Assembly (NCBI GenBank): GCA_043820105.1
Contig: JBDREC010000078.1
Location: 1-36,879 of the forward strand
From: Pseudomonadota bacterium
GTDB taxonomy: Bacteria > Bdellovibrionota_F > JAHFAK01 > JBDREC01
Reading direction: 5' to 3'
DNA: 36,879 bases
Shown one piece after another: positions 1-9,298 of this stretch. The position numbers and the translations under genes are program-made. Numbering within the stretch: position 1 is the stretch's first letter; every line of letters starts with the position of its first letter. Below the pieces are notes generated by a model. It had not been told where the DNA came from. It saw only the letters and a list, made by a program, of their open reading frames with translations, and made no database searches.

Positions 1-89
1 AAATTTATTATAAATTTACTTCCCAAATATCCCTTTTATAAATACTTAATTTTGGCTTCCTTCAATATTTTATTATTTTTACTTTGGTA

Positions 90-141
90 GGTGGACCACT
101 TTTGCGTCCGATTACTGGACCAGTTTATCGTCCGATTTGCA
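90..141 (-). mobile_element. Probable IS21-family terminal repeat (one IS end; element or remnant would extend left out of the window)
   Basis: Reverse complement reads TGCAAATCGGACGATAAACTGGTCCAGTAATCGGACGCAAAAGTGGTCCACC. It starts with TG and holds two 22-bp direct repeats at a 24-bp period (aatcggacgataaactggtcca / aatcggacgcaaaagtggtcca), the usual IS21-family end architecture. GC-rich island in AT-rich DNA. No transposase in the window. Confidence 0.6.
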
Positions 142-196
142 AAATTGAGTATATTTTAAATATATTATGGAAAAATGGGAGATTCGGAATAGTTTT

Positions 197-1501
197 TCAA
201 GTTTTTGCTGTATTAGAATTTTTCTTGGTCCTTCGATACTTTAAAACTTCTCGAATAATTGCATATATTAATAGATAGAAAAAAAACTTTTTTAAATAGT
301 ATTTTGTTTGATAATAAATAGACCAGAAAGTCTGTTTTGTAAATGTCTGTTTAAGCTTAATTGGTTCATCAAGAATAATAAATGGAGTTTGGACTTTATT
401 TTGATCAATCTTAGCCATTTCGTATTCTTTTTGTAACATTTGGGCAATTTCTTTCTGAACGCTATACTCAAATTCAATCTTCCTGTATTCAAAATCTAAG
501 ATAGGAATTTTTGACATTGGAATAAAAGAGGTGTTTTTGTCATCAAATTTATAGCTTTCAAAAAGCTTTTCATATTTCGTTTCCAGGCTTTTAATATCTG
601 CTTCGATACCTGAAATGATATTAGAATCTTTGTTTTTAACTTTATAATTATTAAAAGTTTGAAGCTGAATGCTTTTTGCTGCTATTTCTGAGACAATATC
701 TGAAGCCTTACTAAGCAAGGCAGACATGTCATCAGATATTTCAATCACATCTCTTCCTTCAGCGAAAACCATAAGGTTTTTATTAAGCCTGTTAACCTCT
801 TTTGAAATCACTTTAATTCTTTCTGAAAGAAAATTAATAGTGTGACTAACATTCATCGCGTCTATTTCATTGATAAAATTAGACAATTCTTCTGTATAGG
901 CTTTTGCTATCTTTATAGCTAAATTTTGATCTTTATTTCTAACTGTTATCATCATAGTTGAGTTCTGATTTCTATTAAAGAAATTCTGAGATTTGCTGCT
1001 TTGCTTTGTTGAGTTTACCATACCCCTTAACATCATTGCCCCTTCTTCAATGCTAGGCTCAAAATTGTCTCCGAAAACCCTCCATTTTTTTCCCCATGAC
1101 TTTTTTTCAGGATTCCAGTATTTTTTATATAAAATGGGTAAGAGATCTAGCCTCTTAACAACTCTTTCAGCAAGGCTTCGGCTCTCTATTAGTATTTCAA
1201 GTGTAGTTTTTCTTGAGGAGGAGTTGCCTAACAAGCTTGAGATCATCGACTGGTCTTCCATTAAGGTCAGTCTCTTTGTTTGTTTTAGTGGTAAAATCGT
1301 TGTGGTGCATGTATAAGTTCGATGAGAATAACTTCTATATATCGAATATGAAAACGCTAGTACAATTACAAAAATGATCTCATATTTATATCTTTTTAAA
1401 GCTTTTAGAGCTATAGAAACAATTTCTTTATAATCGATATTTCTTATTATCTGTTTAATTTCTTTAACTTTAAGCTCTTTAATGTCTTTTAATTCTTTCA
1501 T
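197..1501 (-). CDS. Wzz/GumC-like polysaccharide co-polymerase (chain-length determinant), no kinase domain
   Basis: N-terminal TM (YEIIFVIVLAFSY), YTCTTTILP, EILIESRSLAERVV motif, long coiled coil, YEMAKIDQ...ILDEP, C-terminal hydrophobic segment. Paralog of 3115-4317. Confidence 0.8.
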   Translation of the reverse strand: MKELKDIKELKVKEIKQIIRNIDYKEIVSIALKALKRYKYEIIFVIVLAFSYSIYRSYSHRTYTCTTTILPLKQTKRLTLMEDQSMISSLLGNSSSRKTTLEILIESRSLAERVVKRLDLLPILYKKYWNPEKKSWGKKWRVFGDNFEPSIEEGAMMLRGMVNSTKQSSKSQNFFNRNQNSTMMITVRNKDQNLAIKIAKAYTEELSNFINEIDAMNVSHTINFLSERIKVISKEVNRLNKNLMVFAEGRDVIEISDDMSALLSKASDIVSEIAAKSIQLQTFNNYKVKNKDSNIISGIEADIKSLETKYEKLFESYKFDDKNTSFIPMSKIPILDFEYRKIEFEYSVQKEIAQMLQKEYEMAKIDQNKVQTPFIILDEPIKLKQTFTKQTFWSIYYQTKYYLKKFFFYLLIYAIIREVLKYRRTKKNSNTAKT

Positions 1502-1664
1502 TTAATCTTTTCATATTACGAAAATTAAAACGCATCAAAATAAAATCAATAAGAAAAGTCAAGGGGATCAATTATATTATCAACAAATATAACTTTAAAA
1601 CTTGTATTTTTTTTGTCAAAATGATAACACCCCAAGCTTTTCAATAGATTAGTTTAAAAAAGAA

Positions 1665-2864
1665 ATGGTCAATATTGAAATGAATGAAATATTAACATTT
1701 TACTATAATTCGCGGTTTGATGGTGTTTCAAAAAGGCTTCTTTTAAATTGTAGTGATGACTTTATTAAATATATTATATCAATTCTAATAGATAAACCTC
1801 TGCTGCCACCAAAAATTTCCCTAGAAACCTGGATGAATTATTTGTCTTATTTAGACATGAATCAACTAAGCCCTTATTTCCATCTAAAAGTGATGGATAA
1901 GGATCCTAAATTTCATCCACCCCAAAGGATAATGAAAAAAATCAAAGAACAGAGGCTTTGTTTTTCTGCAAACTCCATGTTGGCAAACAGGCAATTAACG
2001 GACCTATTTAAGATGTTTCAAGAAGAAAAAGGTTTGAAAGCTTTAGTATTTAAAGGGGCAATTTTTGACACTTGCCTTTATCCAAAACCAGGATTAAGAC
2101 CATTTTCAGATATAGATCTTTTGATTCACCCAAATGATTATGAGCAATTTAAAAAATGCATGTTTAGCCTAGGTTATACGGTAACAGGTGAATTAGCTAA
2201 CATTAGAGATATACAGCATGAAGAAACCTTTATAAATACTACAAAGAAAAATCAAAAGCCAATAGACCTCCACTGGAGATTAAATTATTATCCAGGTATT
2301 TTAAAGAATTATACAGTAGAAGATGCTTTTAGTAGCTCAGTCTCAATTGGGGATATGAGAACTTTTAATTTGCCCGACTCTTTTATACATATTGTAATTC
2401 ACACTCTTTTTACACATGAACAAGATATAAAAATGATAGCCTTAATTGACTCAATGTTGCTACTAGATAAAATACTATTGACAGGTGAATTTTCATGTTT
2501 GGTTAATAGAAGCAAAGACATTAATGCTTGGTTTTTAGTAAAAAAGATGATAAATCTTTTGTTTCACTGGGGTTTGCTAAACCTACCGCGAGATCTTATT
2601 GATGAATATGAAATCAATTTAGAAACAAAGGGTGAAAAAAAGAAACTAAAATATATAACACAAAGACATCGCAATCCATTTAATTGGTTATTTGTTAGAT
2701 TTCCGAGGTCTTTTGGTATTTTTAAAAGCTTCATTCTTTTAATAAGATATTCAATTTTTAGATATAAGCGGCTTATATTAAAGAAAAAGCTAAAAAAAAT
2801 TGATAAAAAAAGTACTGGCTCTATTAAAAAAATAAGAGAAAACCCGACATTTAATAGGTCTTGA
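1665..2864 (+). CDS. Uncharacterised nucleotidyltransferase family protein (NTP_transf_5-like), copy 1
   Basis: Motifs VFKG...LYPKPGLRPFSDIDLLI and IDLHW. Confidence 0.85.
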   Translation: MVNIEMNEILTFYYNSRFDGVSKRLLLNCSDDFIKYIISILIDKPLLPPKISLETWMNYLSYLDMNQLSPYFHLKVMDKDPKFHPPQRIMKKIKEQRLCFSANSMLANRQLTDLFKMFQEEKGLKALVFKGAIFDTCLYPKPGLRPFSDIDLLIHPNDYEQFKKCMFSLGYTVTGELANIRDIQHEETFINTTKKNQKPIDLHWRLNYYPGILKNYTVEDAFSSSVSIGDMRTFNLPDSFIHIVIHTLFTHEQDIKMIALIDSMLLLDKILLTGEFSCLVNRSKDINAWFLVKKMINLLFHWGLLNLPRDLIDEYEINLETKGEKKKLKYITQRHRNPFNWLFVRFPRSFGIFKSFILLIRYSIFRYKRLILKKKLKKIDKKSTGSIKKIRENPTFNRS

Positions 2865-3114
2865 CAATTAGTTTTTAAAATTGTGTATGTTCAAAATAAA
2901 AATAAATAGAATTAATTTCGAATTAACTAATTGTTTTAATGATGGTAGTTTGTTGATATAGAAAAAATAGGCGATATCTTTTTATTTTGATATAATATTG
3001 AGCTAAATATAATTATTATATTATATAAAGGATAAAAATACCTGGTTTACATTAATGTTGTAAACAATACTATCAATAATATTTAAATATGAGGACTAAT
3101 TTAGCTATTTTATT

Positions 3115-4317
3115 ATGGAAAATGAAAAAATTAACATATTAGTTTATTATAACATTTTAAAAAAAAAGAAAAAAACTCCCATTATATCGATTCTCATATC
3201 TTTGCTGGTTGGAATTATATATTATTTTTCTGCTACTCCAATTTATCAATCAGTTGCCACAATTTATCCAATCAGTGGTCAAAATAGCTCAATTCAATCA
3301 AAACTTAGTTTATTGTCAAATATGGGCATTTCTTCAAGTTTTTTAGGTTCAAATTATAGCTCTAGAGATGTATTTGAGATATTATTAAAAAGTCGCACCT
3401 TGGCTGAAAAGATAATAAAAAAAAATAATCTTCAACCCATAATTCACAGTAATATATGGGATAAGAAAAAAACACAATGGAAAAAGAAAAAATGGCTATT
3501 TTTTGATGTTCATCCACCGAACATATCAAGTTCTGCAACAACCTTTATAAATAGTTGCCTTACAATAGATAAAAATATGAGAACATCATTGATTTCTATT
3601 ATCATCAATCTAGATTGCAGCGAATGTACTGGCGAAATAGCTAACTTATATGTGACTGGCTTTCAAGAATACTTAAATGAAAGTATTGTATCAGATGTGA
3701 AAAGAACACGAGTTTTTATTGGAAAGCAACTAGAAGATGTTTTAAGCAACATAAAACATCTTGAAAAATCCTTGATTATCTTTTCAGAAGGTAAAGATAC
3801 AATATCTATTAATAGTTCAATCTCTTCTGTTTTAAATGAAGCATCTGAAACAATTGCAACCATTGCATCTAAAGAAGTTGAACTTTTAGTATTAGAAAAT
3901 ATATCAAAAGATCGAGAACAATATAATAAGTTAAAAAAAGAACTTGAAATGCAAAAAAACGAAATGTTAAATAAAATTAACAAAGCGACAATCGATGGCA
4001 GTGAACAAATCATTATTCCAATATCTAAGGTCCCTCTTTTGGCACTGGAATATGGCAGGCTTGACGCAGAACACAAGATTCAATCACAGATGTATTCAAT
4101 TCTTAAGCAAAAATATGAGCTTGCAAGAATAGATGAGTCTAAAGAGGAAATATCCTTTATTTCGATTGATCCGGCAGTTGGTACCGGTTCTAAACTTAAG
4201 CCAAAATTATATACAGTATTTTTATTAGTTTTGGTTGGATTGTTTATGGGGATAGTTCTTGTTTTTGCTCATGAATTTTATACAGGTGTTAAAAATGAAT
4301 TTAAGAAAATTTTATAA
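3115..4317 (+). CDS. wzz: Wzz/GumC-like polysaccharide co-polymerase
   Basis: Two terminal TM helices, TPIYQSVATIYP, EILLKSRTLAEKII, coiled coil, KYELARIDE...IDPAV...KP motif. First gene of the + strand glycan operon. Confidence 0.85.
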   Translation: MENEKINILVYYNILKKKKKTPIISILISLLVGIIYYFSATPIYQSVATIYPISGQNSSIQSKLSLLSNMGISSSFLGSNYSSRDVFEILLKSRTLAEKIIKKNNLQPIIHSNIWDKKKTQWKKKKWLFFDVHPPNISSSATTFINSCLTIDKNMRTSLISIIINLDCSECTGEIANLYVTGFQEYLNESIVSDVKRTRVFIGKQLEDVLSNIKHLEKSLIIFSEGKDTISINSSISSVLNEASETIATIASKEVELLVLENISKDREQYNKLKKELEMQKNEMLNKINKATIDGSEQIIIPISKVPLLALEYGRLDAEHKIQSQMYSILKQKYELARIDESKEEISFISIDPAVGTGSKLKPKLYTVFLLVLVGLFMGIVLVFAHEFYTGVKNEFKKIL

Positions 4318-4350
4318 TAAAACAATAATAACAATTATAATCTTCCCAAA

Positions 4351-5718
4351 ATGAGTATTTTATATTTTTTATTACTTACATTCTTTTTTATAATGGGTGT
4401 GTTGGTAATTATCAGGACTGCTACTTCACCTGGGTCATTTATAACTTTACTCTTATTTACTATGATTTCGAGTGGAGGAATAATGGTTTTTGGATATTGC
4501 TTAATGGATGAATTTATTTTGGTTTGTCTTTTAATGGGGGTATTATTATTTTTCTCTATAAAAAAAAGGGTGTCAAACAAGGAAGAAGGTATTAATAAAT
4601 CTAAACTTTCTACCATTCATTTTATTGTATTTTCTGTCTTTATGGTATATCTGATTATTGAAAGTTTTCGTGGATATTTTGTTTTGAATGATTTCAGAAT
4701 GATGAGATTTGTCATCTTTTTTTCAATGCTAGGATTTCTATCTTATGTTCTTCATTATAAATTATTTCCCTTACCTACTCAGAAGCAAATTCTTATTGTA
4801 GTAATTTTAGGCAGCTTATTATATTTTTCTTTATATCTCTTTCATGGGGTGTTTTCAGAGCTAGTTAGGGGATTTAATAGATTTACTGCTCAAGGTACTG
4901 AATGGGCAGGAAGTTCAGTAGCTATGTTTCCAGTAATTACCCTGATACCAGCTTTATATAGTGTTTTTGGAAAAGACTCAAAGTATATTTTTAGTGCGGA
5001 ATCAGAAAAAAAAATTAGTAGGATTACGTGGATTACTCTTTCTGTGATAATTGCCACCTCCTTTTATTATGATTCGCGGTTGTCCTGGATAGCCATCACC
5101 GTTTTTATTGTTTTTTCTGTTCCAAATCTAGGAATTAAAAAATCTTTAATTATTTTTGGTATTTTTTTATTGTGTTTTTCCTTTCTATCATATGGGTTTA
5201 TTTCACATGGCAATTTTTTTGAAAATATAAGAATTTTTTATGATGAGTTGTTTATTGCAGGGACCGGACAACAAGTTTCAGACCTAGACCGTAAACTACA
5301 AGTGCTAGCAGGCTTCAGATGTATTAGTAAAAATATTCATACATTTTTTTTTGGAACGGGTTTTTATACTGAAAGATATGCATTAATACCTTATTATATA
5401 GAGGTGTTTTCTGAAATAGGAATTCCAACTGGAGAAGTAGAAATTGTTCGACCTGCCACTTTTACTTCATTTCTAACAGGAACAGGGGTTGTTGGTGTTT
5501 TCTTTTTAGTTGCATGTTTTGTTTTATCAGGTTTTGAAATTCTATTTGCTACAATGAGGACAAATCCTATTAAAATGGTTATTATTTTATTAATGCTATT
5601 TATGGCAGCATTTTCTATTTTTATTTCGATTAACCTAGATATGGTACTTTTTTATTTATGTATTATGCCATCAGGGATATTTATTTTATTAAGTAGAGAA
5701 GAAAGAAGAAAAGAATGA
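4351..5718 (+). CDS. Wzy-like polysaccharide polymerase / O-antigen ligase family membrane protein
   Basis: About 11-12 hydrophobic segments, DSR motif, SDLDR loop and FFFGTG (Wzy_C-like). Lies between wzz and the GT/flippase genes. Confidence 0.7.
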   Translation: MSILYFLLLTFFFIMGVLVIIRTATSPGSFITLLLFTMISSGGIMVFGYCLMDEFILVCLLMGVLLFFSIKKRVSNKEEGINKSKLSTIHFIVFSVFMVYLIIESFRGYFVLNDFRMMRFVIFFSMLGFLSYVLHYKLFPLPTQKQILIVVILGSLLYFSLYLFHGVFSELVRGFNRFTAQGTEWAGSSVAMFPVITLIPALYSVFGKDSKYIFSAESEKKISRITWITLSVIIATSFYYDSRLSWIAITVFIVFSVPNLGIKKSLIIFGIFLLCFSFLSYGFISHGNFFENIRIFYDELFIAGTGQQVSDLDRKLQVLAGFRCISKNIHTFFFGTGFYTERYALIPYYIEVFSEIGIPTGEVEIVRPATFTSFLTGTGVVGVFFLVACFVLSGFEILFATMRTNPIKMVIILLMLFMAAFSIFISINLDMVLFYLCIMPSGIFILLSREERRKE

Positions 5719-6794
5719 AAATTTGTTTTTTCGCCGCGGCTAATTCTTTACATAGTCATAGGTGGGTTAATTATTTTGTTGATAAAGGGCATGATATTTC
5801 ATGGATTTCACTGTCAGAAACAAATGAAACATTGAAAAAAGTTGAGTTCTATGATATTGGTCCACTTTCTACAAAACCATTAACCTTTATTCGTCAAATT
5901 ATTCGATTTAGGAAATTAATAAAACAAATTAAACCAGATCTATTGCACATACACTCTGTTGGAACTTATGGTATTATTGGAGTTTTATCAGGATTTACTA
6001 ACATAGTTGCTACTGCATGGGGATCTGATGTTTTGTTTGCAAGCCAATTTTTTATTAAAAGGCAATTAATAAAATATACTTTAAAAAAGGCAAAGCTAAT
6101 TACCTGTGATGCTGATCATATGATAGTTGCTATGACTAAATTGGGAATTGGTCATGAAAAAATTAAGCTGATCTATTTTGGAATTGAACCAGAGAAGTTT
6201 AACCCTGGACCGAAGGACTCTAATATTCAAGAACAGTGGAATTCAAAAAATTCAGCAGTTATAATAAGTTTAAGGAATCTAGAATCCATTTATGATATTG
6301 AAACCCTAATAAAAAGTGTTCCAGCGGTGTTAAAAAAAATACAGAAGATAAAAGTAATTATTGCAGGTACAGGACCTCAAGAAGATTATTTAAAGAAAGT
6401 ATCTGCAAAGCTTGGACTTGAAAGATATATCAAGTTTATTGGAAGATATTCTCATCAGGATCTTCCCAGAATATTAAGGTCTTCTGATATCTATGTTTCT
6501 ACTTCTTTATCAGACGCAGGCATAGCTGCAAGTACAGCAGAAGCAATGGCTATTGGATTGCCTGTAATTATTACTGATTCAGGAGAAAACAGAAAATGGG
6601 TTAGTAACGAAATAAATGGATTAATTTTCCCGGTAAAAGATTCTGCTTTACTGGCAGAAAAAATTATAGATTTATGTTTAAACAATGAAAAAAGAGAAAA
6701 AATAGGTAGAGAGGGTCAAAAGAATATTAGGTTGAAAAATAATTATTATATTGAAATGGAAAAGATGATGAATCTTTATGAGTCATTAGGTTGA
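5715..6794 (+). CDS. Glycosyltransferase family 4 (GT-B)
   Basis: KPDLLHIH, TAWGSDV, DIYVSTSLSDAG...EAMAIGLPVI. ATGA overlap with the upstream gene. Confidence 0.9.
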   Translation: MKICFFAAANSLHSHRWVNYFVDKGHDISWISLSETNETLKKVEFYDIGPLSTKPLTFIRQIIRFRKLIKQIKPDLLHIHSVGTYGIIGVLSGFTNIVATAWGSDVLFASQFFIKRQLIKYTLKKAKLITCDADHMIVAMTKLGIGHEKIKLIYFGIEPEKFNPGPKDSNIQEQWNSKNSAVIISLRNLESIYDIETLIKSVPAVLKKIQKIKVIIAGTGPQEDYLKKVSAKLGLERYIKFIGRYSHQDLPRILRSSDIYVSTSLSDAGIAASTAEAMAIGLPVIITDSGENRKWVSNEINGLIFPVKDSALLAEKIIDLCLNNEKREKIGREGQKNIRLKNNYYIEMEKMMNLYESLG

Positions 6795-6803
6795 AAAAAG
6801 AAT

Positions 6804-8141
6804 ATGCTAATCATTCGTATAATTAATAAATATTTACAATATCTTTTGAGCCTTCTAAATCATAACGGGTTTAAGAGATATTTTACAAATACTTCATGGA
6901 TGTTAGGCGAGAATATATTAAGAATGATTGCTGGCTTGTTTGTAGGAATTTATGTTGCTCGTTATCTTGCTCCAGAAAAATATGGTATTCTTAGTTATGC
7001 GACTGCCTTCGCGAGTTTATTTAAAGCCCTATCTGATCTTGGTTTAGATTCAATTACAGTTAGGGAGTTGGTGAAATTTCCAGAAAAAAGAGATGATATT
7101 CTTGGGACAGTTTTTAGGCTAAGACTAATAAGTGGAATCTTTGTTTTGATTCTAATTGCTGTAGTTGTTCAATTAACTTCTAACAACCATATTGTTAATA
7201 TCTATATTTTTATCATCGCGAGTGGATTTATATTTCAATCTTCTCATGTAATAGACTATTATTTTCAGTCTAAAGTGCTTTCAAAATATGTATCTATCTG
7301 TAAAATGACACAGACATTTATTTCATCATTGATCAAACTTTATTTTATCTTTATTAGCGCTGACTTGTTTTGGTTTGTAATAGTAATTTTGGTGGATGAA
7401 ATTTTTTTAGCGATATCCCTTTGTTTTTCTTACTGGAAACAAAAAGTTGGATTGTTTTTTGGTAATTTTAGTTTTGACATTGCCAAACAGTTGCTTGAAT
7501 ACTCTTGGCCGCTTATTTTTTCGGGTGTTACCGTAATGGTTTATTTAAGAATTGATCAAATAATGATAAAGGAAATGCTCTGTGACGCTGATGTTGGAAT
7601 ATATTCTGCTGCAGTTAGATTGTCTGAAGTTTGGTACTTTTTTCCAGCCATTATCACAAATTCACTTTTTCCGGCGATTATTAATTCTAAGAAAAACGGA
7701 ATTGTTTTTTATAGAGATAGAATAAAAAAACTATACTCTCTATTGATTTGGATGGCTATTGGAATTTCTTTAATAACAACTTTTTTTAGTAATTGGATAG
7801 TTACAACTCTTTATGGAACTGCATATGAGCTAGCAGGTAATGTTTTGAAAATCTATATTTGGGGAAATGTTTTTGTCTATCTAAGTGCGGCTTTTGGTAA
7901 ATACTTAATTAATGAAAACATGATGAAGAAAAATTTTTATAGGGTTTTAGCTGGTGCTGTAACAAATGTAATCTTGAATTTAATATTAATAAAGGCATAT
8001 GGAATATTTGGTTCTGCAATAGCAAGTCTTATTTCTTTATTTGTTGCGAATTTTTTGTATGATTTTTTTGATAAAGATTTACATGATCAGCTAAAATTAA
8101 AAATACTAGCTTTAATAAATCCTTTTGGGGTGAAGCAATGA
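6804..8141 (+). CDS. wzx: Wzx flippase (polysaccharide biosynthesis protein)
   Basis: NTSWM...VARYLAPEKYG, RIDQIMI...VGIYSAAVRLSE, NVILNLILI..YGIFGSAIA, with many TM segments. Confidence 0.92.
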   Translation: MLIIRIINKYLQYLLSLLNHNGFKRYFTNTSWMLGENILRMIAGLFVGIYVARYLAPEKYGILSYATAFASLFKALSDLGLDSITVRELVKFPEKRDDILGTVFRLRLISGIFVLILIAVVVQLTSNNHIVNIYIFIIASGFIFQSSHVIDYYFQSKVLSKYVSICKMTQTFISSLIKLYFIFISADLFWFVIVILVDEIFLAISLCFSYWKQKVGLFFGNFSFDIAKQLLEYSWPLIFSGVTVMVYLRIDQIMIKEMLCDADVGIYSAAVRLSEVWYFFPAIITNSLFPAIINSKKNGIVFYRDRIKKLYSLLIWMAIGISLITTFFSNWIVTTLYGTAYELAGNVLKIYIWGNVFVYLSAAFGKYLINENMMKKNFYRVLAGAVTNVILNLILIKAYGIFGSAIASLISLFVANFLYDFFDKDLHDQLKLKILALINPFGVKQ

Positions 8142-9298
8142 TTAATATAAGAAAAATTTTAAGGAAATATCCTACATTTTATAATATCGTTAGGCTATTA
8201 AGATATTTTTTAATGGCTTCTGTATTAAGAATTAATGGATCAAAGAAAAAATATCCAAAAGTATTACAATTACCTATAACTTATCGGTGTAATTCAAAGT
8301 GTAAAATGTGTAACATTTGGAATGTTCCATCCACTAAAGGCATAAGCTCAAAAGAGTTTGGTAAAATTTTGAATGATCCAATATTCAAAGAGATTATTGC
8401 AGCTGGAATAAATGGCGGTGAGCCCTCTCTTATTCCTGATTTGCCTGATTATGTAGCTGAATTACTTAAATTACCCAAAATTCAGTCTTTTAATATTATT
8501 TCCAACGGATTTATTAAAGATCCTTTTTTGAATAATATTGAAAAGATTTATTTGAATTGTAGAAAAACTGGAGTAAGTTTTCATATTGCCATTTCTTTAG
8601 ATGGTGTAAATGATGTACATAACATTATAAGGGGAAAAAAAGATGCTTTTTCTAAAACAATGTCTACAATTGAGGAGATTTTAAAAAACCAAAATAAATA
8701 TTGTGATTCTTTTGATGTCGCTTGTACTGTGATTCGGCAAAATATTGATTATTTAATAGAACTGGATTCGTTTGCTGAAAAAAAGAATTTTCCAATTACT
8801 TATCGATTGGGTATTGAAAACAAGCGGATTGAAAGCGATCGGCTGAAGGAGGGCTTTAGCGTATTGATGGATTCCATGTCAAAACAGGCATCAAAAGAAT
8901 TTATGCATTATAAATTTTTTGCGTCGGGTAGTCTTTACGAAAAACTAAAATATTTTTCCATTTTTTATTGGTTAAACTCAGATAAACCCAGAAGACTTTT
9001 GGGATGTGCCTGGAAAGATGAGGGGGCTACTTTAGACGCAAAAGGCGATTTGTTTTATTGCGCTGTTGCCAGTGATAGAATTGGTAATTGTCTACAAGAA
9101 ACAGGTGAAAAGTTATTTTTTGGAGAACATAATATATTACATAGAAAAAATATTATTAAATATAACTGTCCTAATTGCATTCATGATTACGACGGAAAAC
9201 CAGAATTGAAAAATCTAATTATCTTTTTAAAAGAAATCTTTATGAATAGATATTCAATGAGAATATATAAATTAAAATGTAGGCTTGGTTTAATATGA
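8138..9298 (+). CDS. Radical SAM protein with C-terminal SPASM/twitch-type cysteines
   Basis: CNSKCKMC (CxxxCxxC), GGEP, ISLDG...HNIIRG, and C-terminal GC...GDLFYC...CPNC. Confidence 0.9.
   Translation: MINIRKILRKYPTFYNIVRLLRYFLMASVLRINGSKKKYPKVLQLPITYRCNSKCKMCNIWNVPSTKGISSKEFGKILNDPIFKEIIAAGINGGEPSLIPDLPDYVAELLKLPKIQSFNIISNGFIKDPFLNNIEKIYLNCRKTGVSFHIAISLDGVNDVHNIIRGKKDAFSKTMSTIEEILKNQNKYCDSFDVACTVIRQNIDYLIELDSFAEKKNFPITYRLGIENKRIESDRLKEGFSVLMDSMSKQASKEFMHYKFFASGSLYEKLKYFSIFYWLNSDKPRRLLGCAWKDEGATLDAKGDLFYCAVASDRIGNCLQETGEKLFFGEHNILHRKNIIKYNCPNCIHDYDGKPELKNLIIFLKEIFMNRYSMRIYKLKCRLGLI

Noticed and set aside
84-278. 64 aa ORF
   Set aside because: It runs through the IS-like terminal repeat and overlaps the wzz paralog antisense, with no recognisable motif.
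2861-2891. Sigma70-like promoter TTGACA...TATGTT, and TTGACA...TATATT on the - strand near 32994
   Set aside because: Spacers of 19 and 15 bp are off-consensus, and such hexamers are common in AT-rich DNA.
2941-2952. ops/JUMPstart-like gatggtagtttg upstream of the operon
   Set aside because: Two mismatches to GGCGGTAGnnTG and no RfaH-like gene in view, so too weak to call.
3159-3175. A9-G-A7 run in the wzz 5' end as a phase-variation site
   Set aside because: It is in frame, encodes a Lys run before a TM helix, and long A runs are common in this sequence.
1665-9298. RiPP (lasso or radical SAM peptide) cluster suggested by the NTase and SPASM-type radical SAM
   Set aside because: No precursor peptide, PqqD/RRE, protease or cyclase is visible, and the context is entirely glycan biosynthesis.
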